Position numbers and translations under genes: made by a program. A model generated the notes under the pieces. That model did not search any database, had not been told where the DNA came from, and saw only the letters and a list, made by a program, of their open reading frames with translations. Positions 19,852-33,318 of a stretch of 64,000 bases of DNA are shown one piece after another. The stretch's first letter is position 1; each line of letters begins with the position of its first letter. Source of the DNA: an uncultured Planctomycetaceae bacterium (GTDB lineage: Bacteria > Planctomycetota > Planctomycetia > Planctomycetales > Planctomycetaceae); contig CAXBME010000026.1 in NCBI GenBank assembly GCA_963976765.1, positions 62,001-126,000 of the forward strand, in the 5' to 3' direction.

Positions 19852-20775
19852 ATGCTTTTTGCTGCCGGACAAGATCATTTTCACCATGTGCGGGATTTTC
19901 CGTTCTTCGAGTTGCCGTTGCGCCTCGGGACGGCGATCGATTCGCATGGTCATACGGTGTATGGAGTGCAGCTTCCGGAGATTGCTGGCTTTCAGGTCAC
20001 CAAATTCATGGTGCTGCAGGTTATCGCGGGGTTGCTGACGTTTTTGATCTTTCGTGGGTTGGCTAAGCGGGTCCGATCGGGAGAGCCGACAAAGGGGCGT
20101 TTCTGGAATTTCTGGGAATCGATCGCTCTCTATATTCGCGATGAGGTTGTGCGTCCAACGGTAGGTGACGGGCACCATGATCACGGTGACGGTCATCACG
20201 ATGATGGACACGGTGGTGATCGCGAGCACAATCGTGCCGGGCATTACGCTGATCAGTTTCTGCCGTTTATCTGGACGTGTTTCTTCTACATTCTGTTCTG
20301 TAATTTGCTTGGCGCAGTTCCGATGCTGGGTTCTCCAACAGGATCGCTCAGTGTGACCGGTGTGCTGGCTGTTTCGGTATTTGTTTTTAATCTGATTCAG
20401 GGGACAAAGCAGTTTGGCTTTGTGGGGTTCTGGAAGAATCAGTGTCCCGATCTGGGGCTCGATGGTCTGATGGGCGTCGTGATTGGTCTGGGCGTCTGGT
20501 GTATCGAAGTTGTTGGCCTCTTCATTAAGCATGGCGTGCTTGCGGTTCGATTGTTTGCCAACGTAATGGGTGGCCACACGGTTATTGGTGTCATTCTTGG
20601 GTTTATCGCCGCGGACGGTGTGGCCGGGACCATGCTTCAAGGTCTGGTGATACCTGCGAGTGTTGGCGGTCAGATCTTCATCGGGTTACTTGAGTTGTTT
20701 GTTGCGTTTCTACAGGCGTACGTGTTTGCTTACCTGTCGACAATATTTCTGTCTGCCAGCCTGCATGCACACTGA
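19852..20775 (+). CDS. atpB: ATP synthase Fo subunit a
   Basis: LAVRLFANVMGGH, LELFVAFLQAYVF. Confidence 0.97.
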   Translation: MLFAAGQDHFHHVRDFPFFELPLRLGTAIDSHGHTVYGVQLPEIAGFQVTKFMVLQVIAGLLTFLIFRGLAKRVRSGEPTKGRFWNFWESIALYIRDEVVRPTVGDGHHDHGDGHHDDGHGGDREHNRAGHYADQFLPFIWTCFFYILFCNLLGAVPMLGSPTGSLSVTGVLAVSVFVFNLIQGTKQFGFVGFWKNQCPDLGLDGLMGVVIGLGVWCIEVVGLFIKHGVLAVRLFANVMGGHTVIGVILGFIAADGVAGTMLQGLVIPASVGGQIFIGLLELFVAFLQAYVFAYLSTIFLSASLHAH

Positions 20776-20861
20776 TCTGATATGAACATTCGAGGGGCTG
20801 TCCCTCGCTTTCGCTGCAAAATTTTCAGTTGTGGTCTTTTGATCTAAGGAGATCGACCGAG

Positions 20862-21071
20862 ATGGGTGAATTTCTGAATTCGGCAGCAATCGGTGCCGGT
20901 ATCGTTATGCTGGGTGCCGGTTTCGGTATCGCTAAGATTGGTGCTGCGGCAGTTGAGAGCATGGCTCGTCAACCTGAAAAAGCTGCCGACATTCGCGGTG
21001 CCATGATTGTTGCTGCCGCTCTGATTGAAGGTGCGACATTCTTCGCGCTGATCGTCTGCATCGCCAAGTAA
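20862..21071 (+). CDS. atpE: ATP synthase Fo subunit c (H+-type)
   Basis: ARQPE loop; IEGATF; Na+-binding Q/E-S/T signature absent. Confidence 0.97.
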   Translation: MGEFLNSAAIGAGIVMLGAGFGIAKIGAAAVESMARQPEKAADIRGAMIVAAALIEGATFFALIVCIAK

Positions 21072-21148
21072 TTTGAATCTGTCTGTGGTGACGCAGGCAG
21101 ATTGGCGTTGTTCTCCCGTTTCTGTAATGCGACTTGCAGGGTGCGCTA

Positions 21149-21799
21149 ATGCACGCTTTTCGCTTCCATCGTACTGGGCTTCTGTTGCTGGCGGGGTTTG
21201 TCTTCGCGGCAGCAGTTGTGTCTACCACTGATCTTCATGCTGCCGATGTGAGTCACGAGGTCGCCGAAGGCGATCATGGTGATCACGGCGGCGCTGAGAC
21301 TGGTGTTCCGATGCAGCCTCAGAATGACTTGGTTCTGTGGACGATTGTGACGTTCGTCCTCTTTCTTGTTGTTCTGAAGAAAGTGGCCTGGGGGCCTCTT
21401 ATTGAGGGGCTCGACAGTCGTGAGTCGAAGTACAGGAAATTGCTTGAGGATGCTAAGGCTGACCGTGACAAGGCTGTCGCGATGCTCGCTGATTATGAGC
21501 AGAAGCTGAAGGCTGCTCAGGGGCAGGTGGACGAGATTATTGCCGAAGCTCGGCGTGACGCTGAGCGGACGAAAACGGATATTCTTGCCACGGCACAGCA
21601 GGACGCTGAGGCTACTCGGAAGCGGGCTCTCGACGATATCGGTCGTGCTCGCGATCAGGCAGTCGCGGAGTTGTTCGATCATGTGCGGGCAAACGTCGTT
21701 GCTGCAACGGAGAAAGTTCTTTCCCGCAGTCTGACTGATGCTGATGACCAGAAGCTGATTGATGACGCTCTGGCTGAGATGTCGGCGGCTCAAGGGTAG
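21149..21799 (+). CDS. atpF: ATP synthase Fo subunit b
   Basis: LWTIVTFVLFLVVLKKVAWGPL followed by coiled coil. Confidence 0.95.
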   Translation: MHAFRFHRTGLLLLAGFVFAAAVVSTTDLHAADVSHEVAEGDHGDHGGAETGVPMQPQNDLVLWTIVTFVLFLVVLKKVAWGPLIEGLDSRESKYRKLLEDAKADRDKAVAMLADYEQKLKAAQGQVDEIIAEARRDAERTKTDILATAQQDAEATRKRALDDIGRARDQAVAELFDHVRANVVAATEKVLSRSLTDADDQKLIDDALAEMSAAQG

Positions 21800-21862
21800 G
21801 CACAATTGACGCCGCATGGCGTGTTACTGGCAGGTTGCTCTGTCATATGAGGTGAGGTCGGA

Positions 21863-23966
<2,104 letters not shown>

Positions 23967-23972
23967 AAAGCT

Positions 23973-24031
23973 GTAGGGTGCGTCTCGACGCATCCCGGAA
24001 TCTTATACTGGTGCGTCAAGACGCACCCTAC
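23973..24031. repeat. REP doublet between atpA and atpG
   Basis: GTAGGGTGCGTCTCGACGCATC-15 nt-GGTGCGTCAAGACGCACCCTAC. Confidence 0.88.
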
Positions 24032-24045
24032 CGGGACGGGAAGCG

Positions 24046-24930
24046 ATGGCCAAAGCCAGAGCGATTGTTAAACGCCTGAAGGCGGTTAAAAACATCCGGA
24101 AGATCACCCGGACCATGGAATTGATCGCGACCGCGCGATTCAAAAAAGCCATGGACCGGGCGACGGAAGCAGCTTCGTACACGAAGAAAATCTCAGAGAT
24201 CGTTGCTGACCTGTCGAAAGCTGACCTGAGCTTCAGTCATCCGCTGCTGACTCAGCCTGAGGAACAGACGAAGAACGTTCTTCTGGTCATGACCTCAAAT
24301 CGTGGGTTGTGTGGCGGCTACAATTCGGCAGTGCTGAGACACGTTACCTCGCGTCTTAAAGAAGCACGGTCCAGTGGCGAAGAGCTGACGATTGAAGTCG
24401 TCGGCAAGCGAGGAATGAGCTATTTGAAGTTTCAGGAGATGGAGTATTCAAAAGCTTACACTAACTTCGAAGATAAGCCTCGCTACGACGAAGTTGAAGA
24501 GATCGCAGATCGGTATATCGACGGATTTGTCTCCGGCAATATCCATCGGCTTGACGTTGCTTATACTCGGTTTGAAACGGTTTCGAGACAAACCGCCGTA
24601 CTTGAAACATTGCTTCCGGTTGGTTCAATCGGTGACGATGACGAGAATACTTCTGAAGAAGCCGGACAGGGAATCGATTACGAATTCCTGCCGTCGCCCG
24701 AAGACATTCTTGAAGAAATCGTACCGGCGGCATTTAAAGCTCGGCTTTTCAAATGCTTCCTTGACTCGGCCGTGAGTGAGCAGATTGCTCGCATGGTGGC
24801 GATGAAGGGGGCGACTGAGAACGCTGGCGACATGATCAGCACACTGTCCATGCAGTACAACAGGGCACGACAGTCACAGATTACGTCAGAGCTCAGCGAA
24901 ATCATCGGCGGAGCAGCGGCACTCGATTAA
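24046..24930 (+). CDS. atpG: ATP synthase F1 subunit gamma
   Basis: KITRTMELIA, SNRGLCGGYN, YNRARQSQITSEL. Confidence 0.99.
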   Translation: MAKARAIVKRLKAVKNIRKITRTMELIATARFKKAMDRATEAASYTKKISEIVADLSKADLSFSHPLLTQPEEQTKNVLLVMTSNRGLCGGYNSAVLRHVTSRLKEARSSGEELTIEVVGKRGMSYLKFQEMEYSKAYTNFEDKPRYDEVEEIADRYIDGFVSGNIHRLDVAYTRFETVSRQTAVLETLLPVGSIGDDDENTSEEAGQGIDYEFLPSPEDILEEIVPAAFKARLFKCFLDSAVSEQIARMVAMKGATENAGDMISTLSMQYNRARQSQITSELSEIIGGAAALD

Positions 24931-24972
24931 AGTACAAAAAGACAATGTAGTTTTGCCAGTTCGCTGCAGTGA

Positions 24973-26490
<1,518 letters not shown>

Positions 26491-26580
26491 TCGAGTTTTT
26501 ATCTCGACGAGGAAAGGCACTGTCCCGCCACGAGCTGATGGGTGGCTCAGAGAGTGCGGGCAAGAAGGCAAAGCAGACTC

Positions 26581-26973
26581 ATGGCAAACGAACTTCAACT
26601 CATCGTTGTGACTCCCGAGACCACAATTGTGGACGAGCCGGTGAGTGCGCTTCGTTTTCCGTTGTTTGACGGACAAGCTGGAGTTCTGCCTGGTCGTGCA
26701 CCGCTTGTCGGTCGCCTTGGTTGCGGTGAATTGAAGCTGACGGCAATGTCAGGTGAGCGGTCGTATTTCGTGGATGGGGGCTTCGTTCAGATTAACGGCA
26801 AGACGGTTACATTGCTGACTGCTCGTTGTCTGGCCAGTAACGAGATCGATTCCGACGCCGCTCGGGCAGAGCTTGCTGAAGCGACAACGCGTCCGGCTGC
26901 TAATGACGCCGATATTGACGCTCGCTTCCGTGATCAGGACCGCGCTCGGGCGATGCTCTCACTGAAAAAGTGA
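26581..26973 (+). CDS. atpC: ATP synthase F1 subunit epsilon
   Basis: LIVVTPE, GVLPGRAPL, VDGGFVQI. Confidence 0.96.
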   Translation: MANELQLIVVTPETTIVDEPVSALRFPLFDGQAGVLPGRAPLVGRLGCGELKLTAMSGERSYFVDGGFVQINGKTVTLLTARCLASNEIDSDAARAELAEATTRPAANDADIDARFRDQDRARAMLSLKK

Positions 26974-27216
26974 AAAGTGAGTTGTCGCCCGGTTGGGCTG
27001 ATGACGTTGCATTTTTCAAAAACCGGCGATTGGTCGTGCGCGTTTGCTTTCTCTGATGGCTGTTCCCTGACAAACTGTAGCAACAGTGGGTGGCGCGGTT
27101 GGTCGTCGCGTTGTGGGTCAGGTTCACAGCCCTTTTAGCCGCTGCTCAATTGGCAGGTTCATGGCTGCATTCGTGAAGTCGGTGACGGCTGCGGCAGGAC
27201 AGGAATCATCAGCAGG

Positions 27217-28104
27217 ATGTCGCGTTCACATCTAATGTCGTGGGTGACTTCTGCTGTCGTGCACACAGGCATGCTTGCGATTCTGGGCACTGCGCTGACG
27301 TCGATTCCCGTCGTTGCGCCCGAAGTCTCTGGAAGCCGTATCGTCGTCATGTCGAGCATGGCCGACATCGCTTCGCCGGACGCAGTGGTGCGAAAAGTCG
27401 AGCACACACCAGTTCGCATTTTTGAGTCTCCTGAAGAATCCCAACTGCCTCCGAAGAAGCCGGCGCCACCACCGTTCATTGAAGATGTGGCAGACTCTTA
27501 CCGTCCACCGTCGCCCGAGCCTCTGCAAGTTGTCATCGCATCGGTCAAGATCCCGAGTTTGTTGCAACGACGGCAGCTGGAACAGCGCCGCTCAAGCGGG
27601 CAGAACATAACACCGACCGAACGTCGTCGACGTTCGCCTCAAGTTGTGGATTCAGAGAGTCTGGAATCGCCTACGATGGCCAGACATCAACCGGAAGTGG
27701 TTCAATCACCAAGTGCAATCCCGATCAAACCGCCGTCAGCGCGACGCCCGAAGCCCGCGGCACTTCAGCCGGCCAGCGCAAGTACTGCTCGGCAGCAGTC
27801 TGCGAATTCAGTGGCCAGAGCGGTCGGAACAGTGCCGACCAAACCGGCACAGGCGATCAGCAATCCCAACCCTGTTTACCCGCCAGTGGCGGTTCAGCAG
27901 CGGCTGGAGGGACGAGTGATTCTCTCGGTAACCATCTCAACGAGCGGCGCGGTGACGAAGGTCGTTGTTGCTGAATCCTGCGGGCATGAAGTGCTCGATC
28001 AGGCGGCTCTGGATGCCGTTTGCCAATGGCGATTTTCGCCGGCAACGCAGGATGGAATGGCCGTTGAATGGACGGCCCGACTACCGATCCGCTTTCGCCT
28101 GTAG
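27217..28104 (+). CDS. tonB: TonB family energy transducer
   Basis: N-terminal anchor SAVVH, Pro-rich linker, C-terminal YPPVA..EGRV..SCGHEVLDQAALDAVCQWRFSPA. Confidence 0.88.
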   Translation: MSRSHLMSWVTSAVVHTGMLAILGTALTSIPVVAPEVSGSRIVVMSSMADIASPDAVVRKVEHTPVRIFESPEESQLPPKKPAPPPFIEDVADSYRPPSPEPLQVVIASVKIPSLLQRRQLEQRRSSGQNITPTERRRRSPQVVDSESLESPTMARHQPEVVQSPSAIPIKPPSARRPKPAALQPASASTARQQSANSVARAVGTVPTKPAQAISNPNPVYPPVAVQQRLEGRVILSVTISTSGAVTKVVVAESCGHEVLDQAALDAVCQWRFSPATQDGMAVEWTARLPIRFRL

Positions 28105-28238
28105 GCCCTGTCGCTCGCTGAATGGCGAAAATGCGCCGTCGCAGGTTCTCTTGAGGCAAACTGTAGCGGTTGTATTGCCTCGGGTCAGGATTCGGACGAT
28201 TGCCACACCGAATCTTCGGAACAGCCGGAGTAATGCGT

Positions 28239-28476
28239 CTGTCCGGCCCGATGCTTAAAAGTACTACGACCACTTTCAAGGCAGAGGGAAGAGGAGTGCA
28301 GTCCGGCACTGTCAGGCGTCTCAACAGACGGCTGACAGCGAACGGACGATTCTCCCGCCGTCGCGCGACTGTGAGGGGGACGAACGCCGCACAAGGCCAC
28401 TGGACAAGCTGTCGAAACAGCCATCCGGGAAGGCGCGGTCAGTAGGACGAACCTGAGCCAGGATATCTCGCCAGAA
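28239..28476 (+). ncRNA. cobalamin (B12) riboswitch
   Basis: AGGGAA, GCGACTGTGA, GCCACTGG, CCGGGAAGGC and B12-box GAGCCAGGATATC in canonical order, directly upstream of a BtuB-like gene; ends approximate. Confidence 0.88.
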
Positions 28477-28518
28477 AGTTTTCACTGTTTCCAGCTTCTC
28501 GCGAAAGGAAGTTACCGG

Positions 28519-30573
28519 ATGAAAACTCTACTGCTGCGCCATTCTATTTCTCTTCAGAGTGCCACTGTGTTCGTGGCCACAGTGTTCGTGTTCGGTGTTA
28601 CACTGATTGCGTCTCGCACCGCTGCTGCCCAGCCGCCTGCTGACTCGTCCTCTGAAGATGCTGCTGCTGGCCGAGTCGTAATTGAACGTCTGGGTGATCC
28701 GGATCCTGTTCCCGTTGCGTCGACCGAGTCAGAGGCCACGCTTCCGGAAGTCGTCGTTACCGCTCCTTTTCCTCGGCAACCGCTGGGCGATGACACAGTC
28801 GTGTCGGCGTCTCCGACTGAAACTTCGCGCCGCCAGGTTGGCAGCTCGGTGACCGTGATTACCGAGGAAGACATTCAGCGTCGCGGTAGTCGAACGCTTA
28901 ATGAAATCCTTCGAAGTGTTCCGGGGTTCGATGTCAGGCAGAGTGGCGGGCCGGGGCAGCAGTCGACAATCTTTACGCGTGGCACGAACGGGTCACAGAC
29001 CAAAGTGTTGCTCGATGGGATCCCACTGAACGACCCCAGCAGTCCCAGCCGAGCTTTCGATCCTGCCAACTTCCTGCTCGACAATGTGCAGCGGATCGAA
29101 GTTATCCGCGGACCGCAGAGTACGATCTACGGCTCCGACGCGATCGGGGGAGTTGTCAACATCGTGACTCGTCGTGGCGAAGGTCCGACGAAAGTGCAAA
29201 CGACTCACGAGGGCGGAAGTTTCGGAACATACTCCCAGTCGACGACGATCAGTGGAGGGACCGAGAAATTCTGGTACTCATTGTCTGGTGCCTGGTTCAC
29301 AAGTGACGGCTTTTCGGCGGCCAGTTCCGGCTCGGAAAACGATGGTTACGAAAACGGAACGCTCTCCGGACGAGTCGGTGCCCTGGTGACTGATGACTGG
29401 GACTTTGACGTCTCGTGGCGATACATCGATTCGGACGTTGACCTCGACGGTTTCCTGGCAGACGCTCCTCGCAACCTGGACAACCAGCAGTTTTTCATGC
29501 GTGCTCAGACAACGCTGACACAACTCGATGGAAGGCTGGAACACCGAGCGGGCTACAGCTTCGCCAGCTACAAACGTGATGACCGCGGTGGGTTCCAGAG
29601 TTTCTTCGATGGCGAGTCGCACCAGTTCGACTACAAGGCAAAGCTGACGACGTATGACGACGGGACTTTCACACACTCAGTGACCGGCGGCGTTGAGCAC
29701 ATTCACGAGGACATCCTGCAGGATACCTCAAGCATATTCATCTCCTTCCCGGCGGCGGCCACGCAGTTCGGGACAGGAGGGTTTGTCGAGAATCAGTTTG
29801 CGGTGAACGATCGCTGGTTCACGACGGCCGGCTACAGGCACGACGACTACAGTCGCGCCGGCACAGCGGATACCTACCGTGTGACCAGCCGGTTTTTGAT
29901 TCCGGAAGCTCACATGGATGTGCACGGCGCAATCGGAACCGGCTTCCGGTCACCAGCTCTGGCGGAAGTCGCTGCTGGCTTCGGCTTCGATCCGAATCTG
30001 CGCCCTGAAGAGAGCTTCGGTTGGGAAGTCGGAGCCGAGAAACGAATGTTCGACGATAAAGTCGTTGTCGATGCGACGTACTTTCGTAACGACCTCGACA
30101 ATCTGATTGTCTTTCCGTCTCCGACGTTCACCGCGACGAACATTGGCAGCGCGCTGACGGCAGGGGTTGAAGTCAGCGGCCAGGTGGAACTCGACCCAGA
30201 CACGTTTCTGACGGCGTCGTACACCAACACAAAAACCCGCGACAACGGAACGAGAGACGAATTGTTGCGTCGTCCGCGTCACAAGTTCGATGCGACGCTC
30301 AGTCGCTTTCTCCACGACCACCAGGCTCAGGTTTCGATCAATCTGCGATACGTGGGGGCTCGTGACGACATTGGGGCCGCAGGCAGAACAACGCTCAGCG
30401 AGTATTGTCTGTTAAATGCGTCGGCATGGTGGCAGGTCTCGAAGAACGTCCGGTTGTTTGCCCGCGTCGACAACATCACCGATAAGCAGTACGAAGACGT
30501 TTTTGGCTTCAACACGGCCGACATCTCGGCTTACGGCGGCGTCACGATTGCCCTGGGCGGCGGCGACGAGTGA
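28519..30573 (+). CDS. btuB: TonB-dependent outer-membrane receptor, vitamin B12 (BtuB-like)
   Basis: Signal peptide, plug motifs VLLDGIP and RIEVIRGPQSTIYGSDAIGGVVNI, LLRRP, C-terminal NITDKQYE; cobalamin riboswitch upstream. Confidence 0.85.
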   Translation: MKTLLLRHSISLQSATVFVATVFVFGVTLIASRTAAAQPPADSSSEDAAAGRVVIERLGDPDPVPVASTESEATLPEVVVTAPFPRQPLGDDTVVSASPTETSRRQVGSSVTVITEEDIQRRGSRTLNEILRSVPGFDVRQSGGPGQQSTIFTRGTNGSQTKVLLDGIPLNDPSSPSRAFDPANFLLDNVQRIEVIRGPQSTIYGSDAIGGVVNIVTRRGEGPTKVQTTHEGGSFGTYSQSTTISGGTEKFWYSLSGAWFTSDGFSAASSGSENDGYENGTLSGRVGALVTDDWDFDVSWRYIDSDVDLDGFLADAPRNLDNQQFFMRAQTTLTQLDGRLEHRAGYSFASYKRDDRGGFQSFFDGESHQFDYKAKLTTYDDGTFTHSVTGGVEHIHEDILQDTSSIFISFPAAATQFGTGGFVENQFAVNDRWFTTAGYRHDDYSRAGTADTYRVTSRFLIPEAHMDVHGAIGTGFRSPALAEVAAGFGFDPNLRPEESFGWEVGAEKRMFDDKVVVDATYFRNDLDNLIVFPSPTFTATNIGSALTAGVEVSGQVELDPDTFLTASYTNTKTRDNGTRDELLRRPRHKFDATLSRFLHDHQAQVSINLRYVGARDDIGAAGRTTLSEYCLLNASAWWQVSKNVRLFARVDNITDKQYEDVFGFNTADISAYGGVTIALGGGDE

Positions 30574-30585
30574 GCGTTGCTGTTT

Positions 30586-31560
30586 TTACCGGGAAATGTT
30601 TGCTGGCGAAGAGTTGCACGACTCGGCGTGCAACTCCGGATGCAGAAACTGTCGTACGAGTTTCGCCAGGCGGTGCGGGTGAGTCACGAACGGGACGTGC
30701 CCGGTGTTTGAGATCTCTTCGGTTCGAGCGTTCGGGAGTTTCGATGCGAGCACGGCCGCAGAATTTCGATGCCGGGCCGCTTCACCTTCGCTACTGATGA
30801 CGAGGGCTGGCGTCTGGATTTCTGCAAGTCGGTTTGTCAGGTCCAGTCCTTTGAGCATTTTCGCTCGACGGGCGACGTCACGTGTGGAGACGTTGCCCGT
30901 TTCGGCCATGAGAAACTTCCACCGAGTGATGTCGAACGGGGGGAACCACCGAGCGTGGTTATTCTGCAGGACGGTTTGTCGAAGCGGCAGACGATCCATC
31001 TGGCCCGGCAGCCAGCCGAGTATGGCAAGTGCCAGTCTTTCAGCGACGCTGAATTTCATCTCGATGAGCGGCCCCTGCAGAACGGCCTGTTTGATTCGCA
31101 GTTGCCCGCCGATCATTGCCTGCAATGCGACGGCGGTTCCGAAAGATGTTGCGTAAAGATCGAACTGGTCATCTCCCTGTTGCATGGCGGCAAGGTCGAG
31201 TGCTTGCGCGAGTTGCTCAAGACTTCTGGCTTCTGGCGGAAAATCCAGAATGACGCAGCGAAACTCGTCCCGCAACAGCCAGACCGTCAGACAGAACAAC
31301 GTCGGTGATGCACTGATTCCGTTGAGAAAATACAGCGGCGTTCCCTCACCGATGACGCGGCCCTTGATTGTCAGGCCGGATCTGGCAAATGAGAATTCTT
31401 CGCTTTGTTTCAGGAACTCCGTTTGAACCTGTTTCCAGGCCAGAGGCGTGGGACATCCTTCGCCGGTCGCTGGTAAAGACTCAGCCGCAGCCTGATCGGT
31501 CGACGAAGCAGTCGAGGATTCAGGAGTTGTGGGCGGGGTTGTGCTTGTGTCTTCCGGCAT
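30586..31560 (-). CDS. alpha/beta hydrolase
   Basis: ATSFG nucleophile elbow, TGHVPF His; start chosen at MPEDT to avoid overlap with the divergent gene. Confidence 0.85.
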   Translation of the reverse strand: MPEDTSTTPPTTPESSTASSTDQAAAESLPATGEGCPTPLAWKQVQTEFLKQSEEFSFARSGLTIKGRVIGEGTPLYFLNGISASPTLFCLTVWLLRDEFRCVILDFPPEARSLEQLAQALDLAAMQQGDDQFDLYATSFGTAVALQAMIGGQLRIKQAVLQGPLIEMKFSVAERLALAILGWLPGQMDRLPLRQTVLQNNHARWFPPFDITRWKFLMAETGNVSTRDVARRAKMLKGLDLTNRLAEIQTPALVISSEGEAARHRNSAAVLASKLPNARTEEISNTGHVPFVTHPHRLAKLVRQFLHPELHAESCNSSPANISR

Positions 31561-31732
31561 GGGCTCAGAATCGCAGAGTTGAACGGCTGGGATTTTCGTG
31601 GCAAACGCGTAGTCGATTGCGGAAACGTCACGAATAATTGGCAGCATTCTGGCATGATGCGTGTTAATGGGCAAACTGCTGACAAAAGTGGATTCAGTTA
31701 TTCTGCCAGGAATCGAACGAGGAGTTTTGACC

Positions 31733-32632
31733 GTGACTTCAGAAACAGGATTGGTTAGTCGGGTGGGCCGTCGAGCATTCTTGCGAAACGGCGCATTGAT
31801 TCTTTCGGCGGGCGCAGTGAACCCGTCGCTGCTCAGAGGAGACGAAGTGGAATCTTCCGTCAGTTTCGGACTGATCACCGATCTACACTACGCGGACAAA
31901 CCGCCGGCAGGTTCACGACACTACCGCGACACTCCCGACAAACTTGCCAGAGCGGCGGAACAATTTGCGAGCGCGAAGCTTGATTTCGTCGTTGAATTGG
32001 GCGATTTCATCGACGCCGCCGATTCGGTGAAGACCGAACTCGGTTATCTGAAGCGGATCAATCGCGACTTCGCGGCGATCTCGAAAAATCGCCACTACGT
32101 ACTGGGAAATCACTGCGTCGACATGCTGAAGAAGGAAGAGTTCCTGGACGGTATCGAGAAGGAGAATTCGTACTACTCGTTCGACTCGCGCGGTGTGCAC
32201 TTCGTTGTGCTGGACGCCTGCTTTCGTAGTGACGGAGAATCGTACGGTCGGAAGAACTTTCAATGGACCGATCCCAACATCCCGGCCGCCGAACTTGAGT
32301 GGTTGGCAGATGATCTCCAGACGACGTCGAGCCCGACCGTTGTGTTCGCGCATCAGCGACTGGACGTTGCAAACCATTACGCTGTGAAAAACGCCGTTGC
32401 CGTTCGTCGAATGTTTGAAGAGTCCGGAAAGGTTCTGGCCGTATTTCAAGGCCACAGCCACAAGAACGATCACAAGGAAATTGGTGGCATCCACTATTGC
32501 ACGATGGTGGCGATGGTCGAGGGCTCGGGCGTCGACAGCAACGGTTACTCGACCATCAAGGTTGGCCGGAACGGCGTGATCGAAGTTTCAGGATTTCAGA
32601 AACAATCGAGCTATGGCTGGCAGCCAACGTGA
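31733..32632 (+). CDS. Tat-exported calcineurin-like metallophosphoesterase
   Basis: GRRAFL; DLH, GDFID, GNH, GHSH motifs; AGGAG SD at about 31720; exact start uncertain. Confidence 0.88.
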   Translation: MTSETGLVSRVGRRAFLRNGALILSAGAVNPSLLRGDEVESSVSFGLITDLHYADKPPAGSRHYRDTPDKLARAAEQFASAKLDFVVELGDFIDAADSVKTELGYLKRINRDFAAISKNRHYVLGNHCVDMLKKEEFLDGIEKENSYYSFDSRGVHFVVLDACFRSDGESYGRKNFQWTDPNIPAAELEWLADDLQTTSSPTVVFAHQRLDVANHYAVKNAVAVRRMFEESGKVLAVFQGHSHKNDHKEIGGIHYCTMVAMVEGSGVDSNGYSTIKVGRNGVIEVSGFQKQSSYGWQPT

Positions 32633-32682
32633 ATCGAGCAGTCGGGTGGGCGAAGACTCGCTGACGCCAACTGCAAGACTTG

Positions 32683-33318
32683 TCAGATCGAAGGTGTTAC
32701 TTCCACCAGCGTGACGAGTCGGGCGAGTTCTGGTGCTGAGTCGACCTGCATTTTCTCAAGAATGACGCTTCGCCGCCGATCGACCGTTCTCATGCTGATT
32801 TCCAGTTCCGTCGAAATTACTTTGTTCGGACGCCCGGTGATCATGAGATTCAGAACACTCATTTCAGCCTCGGTGAGTGAGTTTAATCGTCGTTGGATTG
32901 AGCTTATTTCCTGAGTGAGTTTTCGGCTCTCGATAAACTGGTCAAGCCCTTTCTGAACCGCGCCTAGCAACTGATAAGCGTCGTACGGTTTCTGCAGGAG
33001 AGTGATTGCTCCGTTCTCCATCAACTCCACCGTCGTTGAAACATTTGCATGACCGCTGACAACGATCATTGGCAGCGGCGAGTCGATTGCAATCAATCGA
33101 CGCTGCAGATCGAGACCGCTCATGCCAGACAGTTTAAGGTCCGTGACCACACAACCTGCGCTTTGCGAATCGAGCTCTGCCAGAAAAGACTCGGCTGAAT
33201 GAAACGACTGTACCGAAATTCCGGCAGCCGTCAGCAATTCGCGTTGAGAATTCAGAACGGACTCATCGTCATCAATCAGAAAGACAATCAGATCACGCTG
33301 AGTCATCGTGCTATTCAT
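32683..33318 (-). CDS. FixJ/LuxR-family response regulator
   Basis: IDDD, CVVTDLKLSGMSGLDL, LQKP, LuxR HTH (NKVISTELEISMRTVD). Confidence 0.92.
   Translation of the reverse strand: MNSTMTQRDLIVFLIDDDESVLNSQRELLTAAGISVQSFHSAESFLAELDSQSAGCVVTDLKLSGMSGLDLQRRLIAIDSPLPMIVVSGHANVSTTVELMENGAITLLQKPYDAYQLLGAVQKGLDQFIESRKLTQEISSIQRRLNSLTEAEMSVLNLMITGRPNKVISTELEISMRTVDRRRSVILEKMQVDSAPELARLVTLVEVTPSI

Noticed and set aside
19645..20640. 331-aa - strand ORF
   Set aside because: Antisense to atpB
31561..31878. N-terminal extension of the hydrolase ORF
   Set aside because: Overlaps the divergent phosphoesterase start; not hydrolase-like
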